From: Octopus sinensis
Lineage: Eukaryota
Reading direction: 5' to 3'
DNA length: 64,000 nucleotides
Assembly (NCBI RefSeq): GCF_006345805.1
Contig: NC_043013.1
Span: 4,526,001-4,590,000 of the forward strand
Below are positions 1 through 13,304 of this stretch, one piece after another. A program made the translations under genes and the position numbers. Each line of letters opens with the position of its first letter. Position 1 is the first letter of the stretch. The notes beneath the pieces are model-generated. The model was given only the letters and a program-made list of their open reading frames with translations, made no database searches and had not been told where the DNA came from.

Positions 1-268
1 ATTTTAGAATATTTATAAATAGGTCTTACTGCTGTTTCCAGGATATTTATTATATCCCATTATCGGAGATAGTGTGAGAAAATGGTTAAGCAATAGTTAA
101 GTTATATAAGATACGAAATAGAGAGTGAATTGGAGGAATGATTTGTAGATCCATTATTTAGGCAGAACGGTATACATATAAGATTCCAATACCTTTTGAG
201 TAAAATCCTAGCGTATCTAAAATTGGTCATTCCAAGTATAAAGTTTGAATCAAGGGCTTTATTTATTA
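1..268 (-). repeat. Inverted pseudo-LTR of the adjacent Penelope-like element, carrying a degenerate hammerhead (24-69)
   Basis: The reverse complement matches 2450-2640 (e.g. tatacttggaatgaccaatttt, aaggtattggaatct, ctggaaacagc.gtaagac). The minus strand reads tct-CCGATAA-tgggatat aataa atatcctg-GAAA-cagcag-TA-aga. Confidence 0.75.
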
Positions 269-269
269 T

Positions 270-1630
270 TGAAAATTTCCACTGAGGAAATTTTCAATAA
301 TCACGCACCATATTACAATGAAGCACTCGCCGCTAGCGGCTTTTCCCAACAAATAGAAAACATCCATAACACCAGGCTCAAACAATACATATCTCAAATC
401 ACATCTCAAACACGCAACCAACCACATACCCTCGTCGATGGAACCCCGGAAGGTCTTTACACCTCGGCAAACTAGACCTCACATACGTACATTTAACACT
501 AGGTCAAAAACGAAAATAGCTAAAACAGCTAACAACAACAAGCCTCGCCACCCACATACCTTCTCCAAGAATATTGATAGCACTCCTTTATCTAAAAACT
601 TAGATAGCACTACTCCCAGACCCCTTTAAAGAAGCGGCGGACGCTCTATTCTGTGGTACACACCCCCATTCTCGCTTAACGTTAAGAACTTAGCTAAATC
701 CTTCTTTAAAATACTAGACTCTAACTTCCCTCGGCAACATAAATATCATTCTATATTTAATCGATCCACCCTGAAGCTATCTTATTCTACCTCACCCAAC
801 TTCGAATCTATTGTACCTGCCTGTAATAAGCAAAAGCTTTTTCTCTACTATCAAAACTCACATAACTTCAACACCAGTCATACGAATATTCAACACCCAT
901 ACAGCTCTAGCACATATACCCTTACATTAGATCACAGCCACAGCCCAACCCATCCTACTGACACTACCCGAAACACCACAATCTCTACCACCCTTACAAA
1001 TAGTACAATTAATAACAACAATAGTAATAATAGCAATGATGGTAATGATAACGTTAATAATACTAATAATATAGAATCTTCTACCCCCTTCTCTAACCTC
1101 TCCTCTGACGGTATTACCTCCTCTATTCCGGAACACAGTCCCCAAAATTCACCTAATTGTAACTGACGTCCTGGAACCATCTGCCCGTTACAAACCCATT
1201 GCAGAAGATATAATGTAATTTACAAATGCACTGTCCTTAATCTATTACACAACTCTACAGCCATATACATAGGATCAACCGAAAATTTTAAGCAATGATA
1301 TGCCGCTGATCTCCATTCTTTTAGATACGATAAACATTGTAAATTTACAACACTTGCTAACTACATACATCATCTCAAAAATACAAATATACCCTATACT
1401 CTATCATGGTCCATACTGGACTCAAGGCTTCCCTACCGAGGTCAACGCTCAATCTGCAAACTGCCTTTAGGGGTCACTTCACATACTAAATCACAACTCT
1501 CCAGCACTGCTAAATAAGCATAATGAGGCACTAAGCACATGCAACCACCGCTTTTTTCACACATTCAATTTCTACCACAAATCCAAATGCTTACACGACC
1601 ATACAGTATATTTCCACAATACCCCTTAGG
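270..1630 (+). pseudogene. 5'-truncated Penelope-like element (Naiad-type): RT C-terminus plus GIY-YIG endonuclease, frameshifted
   Basis: Manual translation gives EEIFNNHAPYYNEALAASGF, F.KILDSNFPRQHKYHSIFNRSTLKLSYS, CN*RPGTICPL...C...NVIYKCTV...YIGSTENFKQ*Y, TTLANYIHHLK...LSWSIL...ICKL and LLNKHNEALSTCNH. These are typical Naiad-type PLE motifs. Confidence 0.8.
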
Positions 1631-2449
1631 TAATCCCAATAACCTTATAAATCTACATTTTAACTCTTAATCCCTATCTAATTCCTCACTCATACTCGAA
1701 TATCACAACCATCTAATTATATTCGTGTGTATATGTGTGCATGCATATGTGCGTGTATATGTATGTGTGTGTATGCGTGTATGTATGTATGTTTGTATGC
1801 AAGGTATGTATACCTGCGTATACAGGGGTGATAATACATACAGATACACGTATATATGGGTGTGCATGTGTACATATACACATGGGTACGAGTTGTATAT
1901 GTAGATATTGATATGCATAAACATCTGTATAAATATATATATATATACATGTCTAATATATACATATGTATACATCTTCACATATATATTTTCTTCCACT
2001 ACTAAGCACTGACCTGCCCAACCACCTAATCTATATTCCTAAATTCTTCATTCCATACTACTAACCCTCTCTCTGCCCCATCACTTAGACTCTATCACTA
2101 CTTAACTGACACTCCTTTACTGTTTATACCTCTCTCTCTATCATCCCTCATTCCTTCTATCTTTTTACACTCTAATACCTTTCTCTTTCTATCACCTTCA
2201 TCTCCCTATTCCTACTTTCAAATTATCTTGGCTGACCACTAACTGGTACACTTTCCATTATTATCACTCTCCTTGCTTTTCTTTTTTCTTTCTTTTCTTT
2301 ATTCCTCTCTTCCTGTTTTTCCTTCTTTTTCCTTCTTCTTCTTCCCTTTTTTCTTCTCTTTTTTCTTCTCTTTTGTTTTTCTTTTCTTTATTCTTCTCTT
2401 CCTGTTTTCGATTTGACCTCACAAATACATTCCCTACTTTTAGATCACT

Positions 2450-2680
2450 TTAAATAAAACCCTCGATTCAATAGCACTGTGTACAAAATTTATACTTGGA
2501 ATGACCAATTTTAAATACTATTGGATTTTATGCACAAGGTATTGGAATCTCCACTTCACTCTATATTTCGTATCTTATCTAAATTAATAAATACCCTGGA
2601 AACAGCTGTAAGACATTCCGTTTATAAATGTTCTAAAACCTTCACAGCCTTGGTTTTTTATCTCATTCTGAAAAGAAAAT
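2450..2680 (+). repeat. 3' pseudo-LTR of the Naiad-type PLE
   Basis: Inverted match to 1-268. It retains the 3' half of the hammerhead (GAAACAGCTGTA) and ends at a (TA)n tract. Confidence 0.7.
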
Positions 2681-3099
2681 TATATATATACACACGCTGA
2701 TATATGACCTACATTGGACCCCTCATTCGCATAATCACCGAACCTGGAACTTACCTATGGTCTATCCATAGCACTTACTCAGCATTACCAGACACCTTTG
2801 GGTTTTACTGACATCATGTTCGACTATGTGCTTCTGGCTTAATTACGCACGAATTGTGCTTAATAGTTTAGTGCTAATTAGTTCATCCTGCTGTTTGTAT
2901 TGGCAGTTTACATCATAACCGTGGCAAACAATAGATACTTAATTAAATACCAGGATTAAATGTTTGAACTACTAGGGTTTTTCATAAGCGGGACTTAAAC
3001 CTGTACATTAATCTCCAATAAAACATTTTATACATTACATGCCCATAAAATGTCTCGTAGATCTTATTCAACTATGTTTAAACTTGAAGTTATATCATA

Positions 3100-3276
3100 T
3101 GCTGAAGGACGTTACCGTATACATTTTTACAAACCAAGGACGTTATATAGACCTCCTTGACTCAAGTTAGAGAAGGAGTGCGTATTATACACAAGGTTTA
3201 GGTTTTTCAGAGGTACAGCCCCCTAAAAATCCCCAGCAAATAATACTCATGGGTGGACTATATTCGAGGATTTACA

Positions 3277-3279
<3 letters not shown>
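3100..3279. mobile_element. Probable pogo/Tigger-like DNA transposon end
   Basis: It terminates in ggactatattcgaggatttacag|ta, resembling a pogo-type TIR abutting TA. The partner end was not found. Confidence 0.4.
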
Positions 3280-3343
<64 letters not shown>

Positions 3344-3349
3344 TATGTG

Positions 3350-3380
<31 letters not shown>

Positions 3381-4343
3381 TGTGTGGTGTGTGTTGTGTG
3401 TGTGTGTGTATTAATAATATTAATAATAAAAGGGTAAGATTAAATAATTAATTAATTAATAATTTTACCAAGAAGATCGGTACGTTAAAATACCCTTTTT
3501 AGGCAAAATTACACAAATATTCTATAATTATAAACATAGGTGTCAGCTAATTGCTGATGTGGTGAAACAATTAGCTTGATCGTAAAAATTGTCCACAATC
3601 CATTCTTGGCTCACCTAGGTTTTCTGAGAAGGTGTTAAGTTTTACTGTAAAACATTTGGCCTTCTACATCAAGAACTTAACAAATGTCTCCATCACCTCT
3701 ATCTATTTATTCGAAATAGATAACTTTATTTACTTTCGATATACTTTTGAGTAAGAACGGTAGCTCAGCAATGGGGTCTATGACAAACCTTTACACAATA
3801 TGGAAAAGAAATTCCATCAGTTCTCCGATAAAGCCCAAATTGTTTCATTCATTGCTAACTTCAAACATTTCATATGCATGTGACAGCTAGATATTCACGG
3901 TCGACATGGGACGTAGAGTCCAAGTGTTCGAGTACACGTGCCTTCTTGACGGCAGCTGCTCATCTCATACACAGAACACAAGACAAAAAGCTTTGTCAAG
4001 TAGTTTGGTCACCAGATATGCTGATAGGCAAAAACCATTCTTTGCCACTGTGAAACGATGAAAGTTCGACTGGAACATGTATCTCTACACAGCTCTCTTA
4101 TTTTACTGTCTCATGAGCGATTGTCAGCGAAACTTCTTGTATGCTTGTTCGAATAATGTATTTAAACATTATCTCTGAATATGATGAATTAAATAGCCTT
4201 TTGTATATATGTCCCTGCAAAATTCTTTATTTGCTTGTTTTCCATGTATTTATATAATTTTCGACGTCGGTTTTGTTATATTTCACAGTTTAATACTTAA
4301 GGACATCGGTTGTCGTTCCCATTTTGCAATGTTTTTCTAGCAC

Positions 4344-4422
<79 letters not shown>

Positions 4423-4774
4423 CGTGTGTGTGTGTGTGTTCGCGATCGTGCGTGTTTATTCATTGAAAATAAATAGTTCTTAAACCTTATAGGACGAGAT
4501 CCAGTGACAGTTGACTGACCTTAATTCGGTCAGACCTGGCAGTTGTCATAATGCTTCAAAGATCACCAACATTGCATTCAATTTTATAAATTTGTCTCTT
4601 TTTCAACACATAAGCACTTTCCCAGCAATCTCTTTCCCAGTATTTTCAAGTAATAAGCTCAACTCTTTATTTTTCTAACTTCTCTCTTTATTTACTCTTC
4701 CTTTTACTCTTTTCGATTCACAAATTCGGCAGTTTTCGACCATTGCGTTTTATACCTTACTCTTTACTCTTTTT

Positions 4775-5176
4775 CTCTTTTACTTGTTTCAGTCATTTGA
4801 CTGTGGCCATGCTGGAGCACCACCTTTAGTCGAGCAAATCGCCCCCAGGACTTATTCTTTGTAAGCCTAGTACTTATTCTATCGGTCTCTTTTGCCGAAC
4901 CGCTAAGTTACGGGGACATAAACACACCAGCATCGGTTGTCAAGCGATGTTGGGAGGACAAACACAGATACACAGACACATACACACACACATGCATATA
5001 TATACATATATACGACGGGCTTCTTTCAGTTTCCGTCTACCAAATCCACTCACAAGGCTTTGCTCGGCCCGAGGCTATAGTAGAAGACACTTGCCCAAGG
5101 TGCCACGTAGTGGGACTGAACCCTGAACCATGTGGTCGGTAAGCAAGCTACTTACCACACAGCCACTCCTACGCCT
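4775..5176 (-). mobile_element. tRNA-derived SINE family A
   Basis: Reverse complement of 7128-7545: tRNA-like head, internal (TA/CA)n and tail ...gactgaaacaagtaaaagag. Confidence 0.9.
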
Positions 5177-5372
5177 TATTAATTTCATTTCTATTTTTGT
5201 TTTTCTTTATCTTTATGTATCTAATTTATCTATATAATATATGAGATTTGACTTTTAAATGCTACAAAAATGCTAATGTATCTCTCATTTCTTTATGCAC
5301 CTCTGTTTTACAGTTTTCTGGTCTTCTATTTTAACTCTTTTCCTCCTGTCACACGTTCCCTATATTACTTCG

Positions 5373-5606
5373 TAAGGCGGCGAGCTGGCAGAGACGTTAG
5401 CACGCCGGGCGAAGTGCTTCGCGGTATTTCGCCCCTTCGCTACGTTCTGAGTTCAAATTCCGCCGAGGTCGACTTTGCCTTTCATCCTTTCGGGGTCGAT
5501 AAATTAAGTACCAGTTACGCACTGGGGTCGATGTAATCGACTTAATCCGTTTGTCTGTCCTTGTTTGTCCCCTCTGTGTTTAGCCCCTTGTGGGTAATAA
5601 AGAAAC
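5373..5606 (+). mobile_element. SINE family B (tRNA-like head, Meta-domain-like core)
   Basis: aaggcggcgagctggcag...gagttcaaattcc (B box)...gcctttcatcctttcggggtcgataaattaagtacc...gtaataaagaaa. It recurs about 9 times in the window. Confidence 0.88.
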
Positions 5607-5654
5607 ATATATTATTTCTTAATTTCTATTCTCCCACCTGAAGTTTTCTCCAAC

Positions 5655-5778
<124 letters not shown>

Positions 5779-6629
5779 ATAACTCTGCTTTCTTAATCAT
5801 TTCATACTTCTTGTATTTCTCCCCCTCCCCTTTACTGTTGCTTCCTCTACATCAATTACTCTTATTCTCTGCCAATTAATGAATCAATCACACTCATTTG
5901 CTTTCACATTTCTTTAATGAGTTGCAGTAGAGTCTTTATCTCCCATTGAGTTTTAATTACCGTATCCAATGGAGGTCACATCTTGTACGATTCAAAATCA
6001 TAAACTCAGAAGTTGACGAAAGGGCGATGAACTCTGACCGCAAGAATGGGAGATGAGAGAACTTAGAGACTCGCAATGCAGTTTACTACAGACTAGATAG
6101 TCAGTTCTATAGTATTATTTAACCGGAACTAGATCATCCCCAGAAAGCTAATAATTTCGTTCACGCCATCACGCTTCTATAGATCTGAAACTCCAAGTGA
6201 ATAAGTCTAATGTTTCCAACTTCATGAAATGATATCATTGTTATTAAGTGTAACTGAAACGCTTCTGACGGAAACTTAAGCAGCGACCAATGGACCAAAG
6301 ATACATAAGTATTCTCTGGTTCCCACACTCTGGCAACAACGGTGGTACACACACGCGCACATACGCTGACAGAAACGCGTGCGCGAGCACCCCAACACGC
6401 ATTGACGCATACAAACATACAGAAACAGTCAAACGCGCATTGACATAAATACATACATGTATATGTGTATATTTATGGGTGTATACTTATACGCACATAT
6501 ATATACGCATTTGTAAATATATATATATATATATATAGATATATATACAAAGAATAGAAGTCGATTATTATTACAGATAATGATTCACTCTTTAAGTGAT
6601 TTCAGTAATCAAATTCCAATATATTGTAG

Positions 6630-6662
<33 letters not shown>

Positions 6663-6779
6663 TGTATGTATGTATGTATGTATGTATGTATGTATGTATG
6701 TATGTATGTATGTATGTATGCATATATGTGTACGTGCGTGCATATCTGTGTGTATGTGTGTGTGCATGTGTATATGTAC

Positions 6780-6811
<32 letters not shown>

Positions 6812-6840
6812 ATGTGTGTGCGTATCAATGAATAAAACAG

Positions 6841-6903
<63 letters not shown>

Positions 6904-6917
6904 CTATACATATATAT

Positions 6918-6949
<32 letters not shown>

Positions 6950-7009
6950 TGCTATTTATATCAATTGATATATATATATATATATATATATATAGCTGTT
7001 TATATTCAT

Positions 7010-7049
<40 letters not shown>

Positions 7050-7127
7050 CTGTTTATATTCATTGATATATATATATATATATATAATATATATATATAT
7101 AATATATATATATATTATATATATACA

Positions 7128-7545
7128 TAGGCGCAGGAGTGGCTGTGTAGTAAGTAGCTTGCTAACCAACCACATGGTTAAGGGTTCAGTCCCACTGCGT
7201 GGCATTTTGGGCAAGTGTCTTCTGCTATAGCCCCGGGCCGACCAATGCCTTGTGAGTGGATTTGGTAGACGGAAACTGGAAAGAAGCCTGTCGTATATAT
7301 GTATATATATATGTGTGTATGTGAGTGTTTGTGTGTCTGTGGTTGTCCCCCTAGCATTGCTTGACAGCCGATGCTGGTGTGTTTACGTCCCCGTCACTTA
7401 GCGGTTCGGCAAAAGACACCGATAGAATAAGTACTGGGCTTACAAAGAATAAGTTCCGGGATCGATTTGCTCGACTAAAGGCGGTGCTCCAGCATGGCCA
7501 TAGTCAAATGACTGAAACAAGTAAAAATGAGTAAAAAAAAGTGAG
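7128..7545 (+). mobile_element. SINE family A, full length
   Basis: A box tggctgtgtagtaag, B box ggttcagtccc, conserved body and internal microsatellite. About 20 full or partial copies occur in the window. Confidence 0.92.
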
Positions 7546-7547
7546 TA

Positions 7548-7627
<80 letters not shown>

Positions 7628-7957
7628 CTCATATGTGTATGCGTTTGAACTGTGTCTATGCGTGTAGAGAAACCGATTTTGTTAAATTCTCAACTATGAT
7701 AACGAAAATTCTAATTTCATTTCATGAAGTTCACACTAGCAGCGATCACACTCAAATCTGTGTGGAGCGAATAAAGTGCAATCAAGTTAGAAATCCTGAT
7801 ATAAGTGGGGGCAGTGGGTTTTGAGATGTTCTTTGCTACTGAAATATTCATGTTTCTCTCAAGATGTGAGTGAAAGGGGGGAAATGCAGAAATGTTAATG
7901 TAATTGATCAAATTTTCCATGCATGAAGATGCATAAACTTATCCCTTAAAACATTCC

Positions 7958-8389
7958 GGATCTTTTCGGTTTGAACGGCAGTTTTTAACATAATTTCTAG
8001 GTAACTAAAAAAAATTTTAACTTCGTATACTGGTAGAATCTGTTTATAAAACATCTTTTTCTCTTGGCTTTATTGAGAAAATTCTATAGTTTGTAAGATA
8101 TTTGTTGTTTTTTTCTTCAATTTCTGCAATTTCAACCAATCAGTGACGTCTATTGAGGTGAAAACATTCTGTGCCATATGAATATGTCCCTCGTTTAAGA
8201 AATAGATTGGGTTTATTTACATTTCTGAAGAAAAAAAGATACCCTTCCCCCCACCCCTAACCCTAATCCTAACTAACCCTAACCCTAAAACAGATTGAAA
8301 TGCAATAGATCGATTCTAGGGTCATAATTATGGGTGACAATTTCATATGACACCGCTAGAAAAAACCGCCGTTCAAACCGAAAAGAACC
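7958..8389 (+). mobile_element. MITE with ~28-bp TIRs and 8-bp TSD (Mutator/hAT-like), containing internal (CCCTAA)n
   Basis: ggatcttttcggtttgaacggcagttttt ... aaaaaccgccgttcaaaccgaaaagaacc, flanked by aacattcc on both sides. Confidence 0.9.
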
Positions 8390-8464
8390 AACATTCCAGG
8401 TGGACACGGTTGTGCATGCATGCAAACATATGCACGTACACACATACACACACACACACACAAA

Positions 8465-8524
<60 letters not shown>

Positions 8525-8955
8525 GTTAAACGCAAACGTAAACAGAAGACAATCGATGTTTCATACAAGATTTTTGCGTTGCTAAAAGTTTAATAGATCA
8601 AAAGCCTTTAATCGGCAGAAAACTGAACCTCCGCTGCAGTCTAAACTTTCAGTTGGCTGAATTAAAACCATGTCTGCAAGCACCGTGCCAAAACCTTTAA
8701 CGTAATTATTTCGCTGAAATCTGCGATGTGAGAAAGCGGGATTAACTCTAACTATTGCGACGAAGTTGTCTCCCATGCACGAGTTGTAGCCAAATTTCTG
8801 ATCTGGCTGAGTGACTCGAAACGGCAAATATAAACGAGTCTTACTAAGCATCTAATAACAATCGGCCCTGTTTAGAAGCAGCAATTACCTCATCACTAAC
8901 AATCTGAGCTTCCACCCGGCCAAACTTTTGTAATGAAAATTCGGGTCAATATATA

Positions 8956-9111
8956 TAGGCGCAGGAGTGGCTGTGTGGTAAGTAGCTTGCTAACCAACCA
9001 CATGGTTCTGGGTTCAGTCCCACTGCGTGGCATCTTGGGCAAGTGTCTTCTGCTATAGCCCCGGGCCGACCAATGAGTGGATTTGGTAGAAACTGAAAGA
9101 AGCATGTCGTA

Positions 9112-9162
<51 letters not shown>

Positions 9163-9317
9163 GTGTTTGTGTTTGGCCCCCTAGCATTGCTTGACAACCG
9201 ATGCTGGTGTGTTTACGTCCCCGTCAATTAGCGGTTCGGCAAAAGAGACCGATAGAATAAGTACTGGGCTTACAAAGAATAAGTTCTGGGGTCGATTTGC
9301 TCGACTAAAGCCGTAAA

Positions 9318-9383
<66 letters not shown>

Positions 9384-9572
9384 TTTACTTGTTTCAGTCA
9401 TTTGACTGTGGCCATGCTGGAGCACCGCCTTTAGTCGAGCAAATCGACCCCGGAACTTATTCTTTGTAAGCCTAGTACTTATTATATCGGTCTCTTTTGC
9501 CGAACCGCTAAGTGACGGGGACGTAAACACACCAGTATCGGTTGTCAAGCAATGCTAGGGGGCCAAACACAA

Positions 9573-9580
<8 letters not shown>
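8956..9580. mobile_element. Two SINE A copies tail-to-tail (8956-9315 +, 9383-9580 -) separated by (TA)n
   Basis: Both match the family A consensus, in opposite orientations. Confidence 0.88.
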
Positions 9581-9618
<38 letters not shown>

Positions 9619-10229
9619 GTTTAGGACTTTGTGTTGCAAGATACCTGATGTGAAATCGTGTGTTGAAACAGTTAATGTATTTCGGAATGGTCATTTTTTT
9701 TTTTTTTCCAAATAAACACACGCACTGTGCATTCGTTCTTCACCCATTTATTACTGTTCTTATTCTAACTCAAGTTCATTGTCCGGAAATCTTTCGTCAC
9801 ACATCTGTGACCTCCTCGGTGACACTTCTCGTTTTCATGTGTGCTCTTGCTCCACTTATTTCATCCTGTTCTTCTATGATGATAATCCTTATGTGCGTAT
9901 GCGTCTGCGTCCCCGCGCGAGCGCGCGCGTGTGTCATTGTTCTTAATAGCTCTACGACATTCCCCTCAGCCCAATCCCCCCGTTGTCGCTACTGCTGTCC
10001 TAGGACCCGAAATTTGCTACAGTTCCTGTATCTCTTTGTGTGTGTCCGCCCACGTTGCTGCCATCGTGTGTTGTTGTTGTTGTTGTTGTTGCAATGACCA
10101 TCCCGAAATACAACAATATGTATGTGTGCGTGTGTGTGTATGTGTATGCTATGCATATCTATATATATATATATATATATATACATATATATATAGCAAA
10201 AATTTAGATTTAGATGAATATAGTACTTA

Positions 10230-10990
10230 AGTTAGGCCACCAGAATTTTGTATGCTATTATCCATTAAAATGAAAATAAGCAACAAGGATATCCAGAGGT
10301 AATGCAGTACGATCGTTTCATGCACATTGCCAAAAGAGCCTGGGAACAACTGATTCATTCTTGCTTTTGAAAAGATGTGAGCATCCGGAAAATCCATCAT
10401 GCAGGCAACTTTCATATGTGCAAATGGTCGTGAATGATTTTTTTCCACGGACCAAACACTTATCTTCACTTCCTGGACGATCCTCCGAAATGGCGGCTTC
10501 CACTTTATGGTTGTGTACTAGGCTTACAAAGAATAAGTCCTGGGGTCGATTTGCTCGATTAAAGGCGGTGCTCCAGCATGGCCACAGTCAAATGACTGGA
10601 ACAAGTAAAAGAGTAAAAGAGAGTTTGTTTGGGGTTTTTTTGCCTATAAAGAGCATTTTGTGCTATACACTCTTTTACACCAGTAGTCTAATTTTGTTAT
10701 AAATATTTTTTTACTGTGTTTATCCAACATACATCTCCCTCGCCAAAGCCCGCATTCCCTTGCTCTGAAATTCCTTGTCCTGCAATTCTTGGGTAATGTT
10801 AGGAGAGCGAACGCAGACAGAACGCTTGTTGTGGCTCTTCTTTCTGGTCATAGCTTCGTAGTCTCTGTTGCAAGCTATCTTTACAGCCTTCCCAATGCAT
10901 GAGCAGCAGTCGGCGCACACAGGCATTTTGATACTTGGCGCGAATCTTCATGATACAGACGCACACAGAACAGCGAGAATCCAAACAAAA
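10230..10990 (-). pseudogene. Decayed mariner/maT-like transposase fragment interrupted by a SINE A tail
   Basis: RKKSHNKRSVCVRSPNITQELQDK...KGMRALAREM resembles the HTH region of the 16561-17898 element (KHYKRSEIIRTPEFIQQVQ...GKSMR). SVWSVEKN resembles the FSDEKNF first-Asp motif. Confidence 0.55.
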
Positions 10991-11235
10991 ACGTATCCCT
11001 TTTCAATACGTTCGAATCTGCCTAAATGTATTGAGAAATGAACAGATAAAATCCTTTCTCTTCGGTTATCTTATTATAGTTACCTCCCTTAGACACGTTA
11101 ACCAGTTACGTTTACGCGCCCGTACAAGATCTAATTTTGGAGATACCTTCAAGCTTTTATGAATATAATCTAATGGATTTTTATAGTTATTTCTTATATT
11201 TTGGATATGCTGCTTAGATTACGTATCTTCAACAA

Positions 11236-11672
11236 GGATCTTTTCGGTTTGAACGGCAGTTTTTAACATAATTTCTAGTTAACTAAAAAATTTTAAACTT
11301 CGTATACTGGTAGAATGTGTTTATAAAACAGCATTTTCTCTTGGTTTTATTGAGAAAATTCTATAGTTTGGTCTTTAATTTCTTGCATTTCGGCAATTTC
11401 AACCAATCAATGACCGTCTATTGAGGTGAAAACATTTTGTGTCGTATGAATATGTCCCTCGTTTAAGAAACAGATTGGGTTTATTTACATTTGTGAAGAA
11501 AAAAGATACCCTTTCCCCACCCCTAACCCTAATCCTAATCCTAACTAACCCGAACTAACCCTAACCCTAAAACAGATCGAAATGCAATAGATCGATATTA
11601 GGGTCATAATTATGGGTGGTAATTTCATATGACACCGCTAGAAAAAAACTGCCGTTCAAACCGAAATGATCC
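11236..11672 (+). mobile_element. MITE (same family as 7958-8389)
   Basis: Same TIRs and body; the flanks share cttcaaca. Confidence 0.9.
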
Positions 11673-12065
11673 CTTCAACATCTCTCAATATTCCTTTATT
11701 TCTTCTTCTCAATTTACTTACTCCCTATTTCTGTTTATTTAGTTTTAATTTATTGTATTTTCACACACATTATAGCGAGGCTATAATGGAAGACATTTGG
11801 CCAAGGTGCCACACTGTGGAACTGAACCCGGAAGCATATAGTTAGGAAGCAAGTTTCTTACCACACAGCCACGCCTGTATACTTGTACTTGTTTCGGTCA
11901 TCAGACTGCGGCCACACTGGGGCACCTCACTACATATTTTATTTTCAAAGGCTGATTCTTAATCTATCGGACGCTTTTGCGGAAAAGCTATTTTATGGGG
12001 ATGTAAACACACCAACACTGGTTGTCAAGCGGTGGGCGGGTGGGGGAACTTTCACACACACACAC

Positions 12066-12124
<59 letters not shown>

Positions 12125-12127
<3 letters not shown>

Positions 12128-12635
12128 TTATATATAAAACTGTAGTTGTGTGAGTGTCTGTCCCCTTCGATTTAGATTCCTAACTACTCCCACATTTTGC
12201 GGTGCAGTTTAACCAAATTCGGATATCTTATAGTCGTGATTCATATCGAGCCGTCTGAGTATTAGCGCGCGTCTACGATGAGTCTACGATTTTAAAAATA
12301 ATTTATCATCATTTTTTATTCCATTTTAATGCATAATTTTTCATGTGTCGATGGCGGCGGAGTTGGCGTCCATGGTCACACCTGCACCTGTTTGCTTCTC
12401 CCCCTTCTTCCCTCCTCGTGAAGCTGTGGGGAAGGGAGTGTAAGGAAATCAACGTCGTAAAGCGTTGTCAAGGAGACCAGCGTTCTTTTAGAACAACGAC
12501 TTCATGGCTTGAAGACACCAAAACAGAAATGGCTAAGAAAGCCCGAATTGGCATCTATAAGGGAAGTAACTCTCTAAAAATGCTTATATAGTTATTTCCC
12601 TTACAAACCCGAGCAACGCCGGGCGATACTGCTAG
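12125..12635 (+). mobile_element. Non-autonomous Helitron
   Basis: 5' TC start, 3' hairpin cccgagcaacgccggg then CTAG, inserted between A and T. Related copies lie at 38665-38970 and 43374-43757. Confidence 0.85.
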
Positions 12636-12699
12636 TATATATATATACAGACAACCATATAATAATCCACTACAGAAAAATGACATATAGTGTTCACAC

Positions 12700-12745
<46 letters not shown>

Positions 12746-13304
12746 ACACACACACACACTCACACACATGTGCGTGTGCATGTTCGTGGGGCGTTGAGAC
12801 GTTCCTAGCTTTAAGGATATCGCGAATGGCTTTGGCTGGAGACCCAACCTTCTGAGTTCTTTCACGAGTTTTAGAAAAACTGAAATGTTACTGCAATAAA
12901 TGTGTGAATCTGGGAAATAGGTTGAATAAAATCATCATTAACTGACCCGCTTGTATTTTCTTTAACCCAAAGCCAGGAACTTTTCCACTCAGCGTCGTCT
13001 GTCTGTATGTATGTATGTATGTATGTATGTATGTATGTATGTATGTATGTATGTATGTATGTGTGTATGTATGTATGTCATTATTCAGTTTTATTTCAAG
13101 ATTTCTTGCTAACAGAGAATGAGCTGGTTTCTAACCTACATTCAAGGCTCCTTCATTGGAATTTCAGCTTCAACACAGGGTATTTTTGTTTGTATGTATG
13201 TATGTATGTATGTATGTATGTATGTATGTATGTATGTTTGTATGTATGTATGTATGTATGTATGTATGTATGTATGTATGTATGTATGTATGTTATGTAT
13301 GTAT

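Noticed and set aside
3543-3579. agctaattg-CTGATGT-ggt-GAAA-caattagct hammerhead look-alike
   Set aside because: A9 is missing and there is no stem II, stem III or cleavage triplet. It is just a 9-bp hairpin.
3600-4330. Possible mariner transposase relic on the minus strand
   Set aside because: The similarity is only vague, and I could not read any diagnostic motif.
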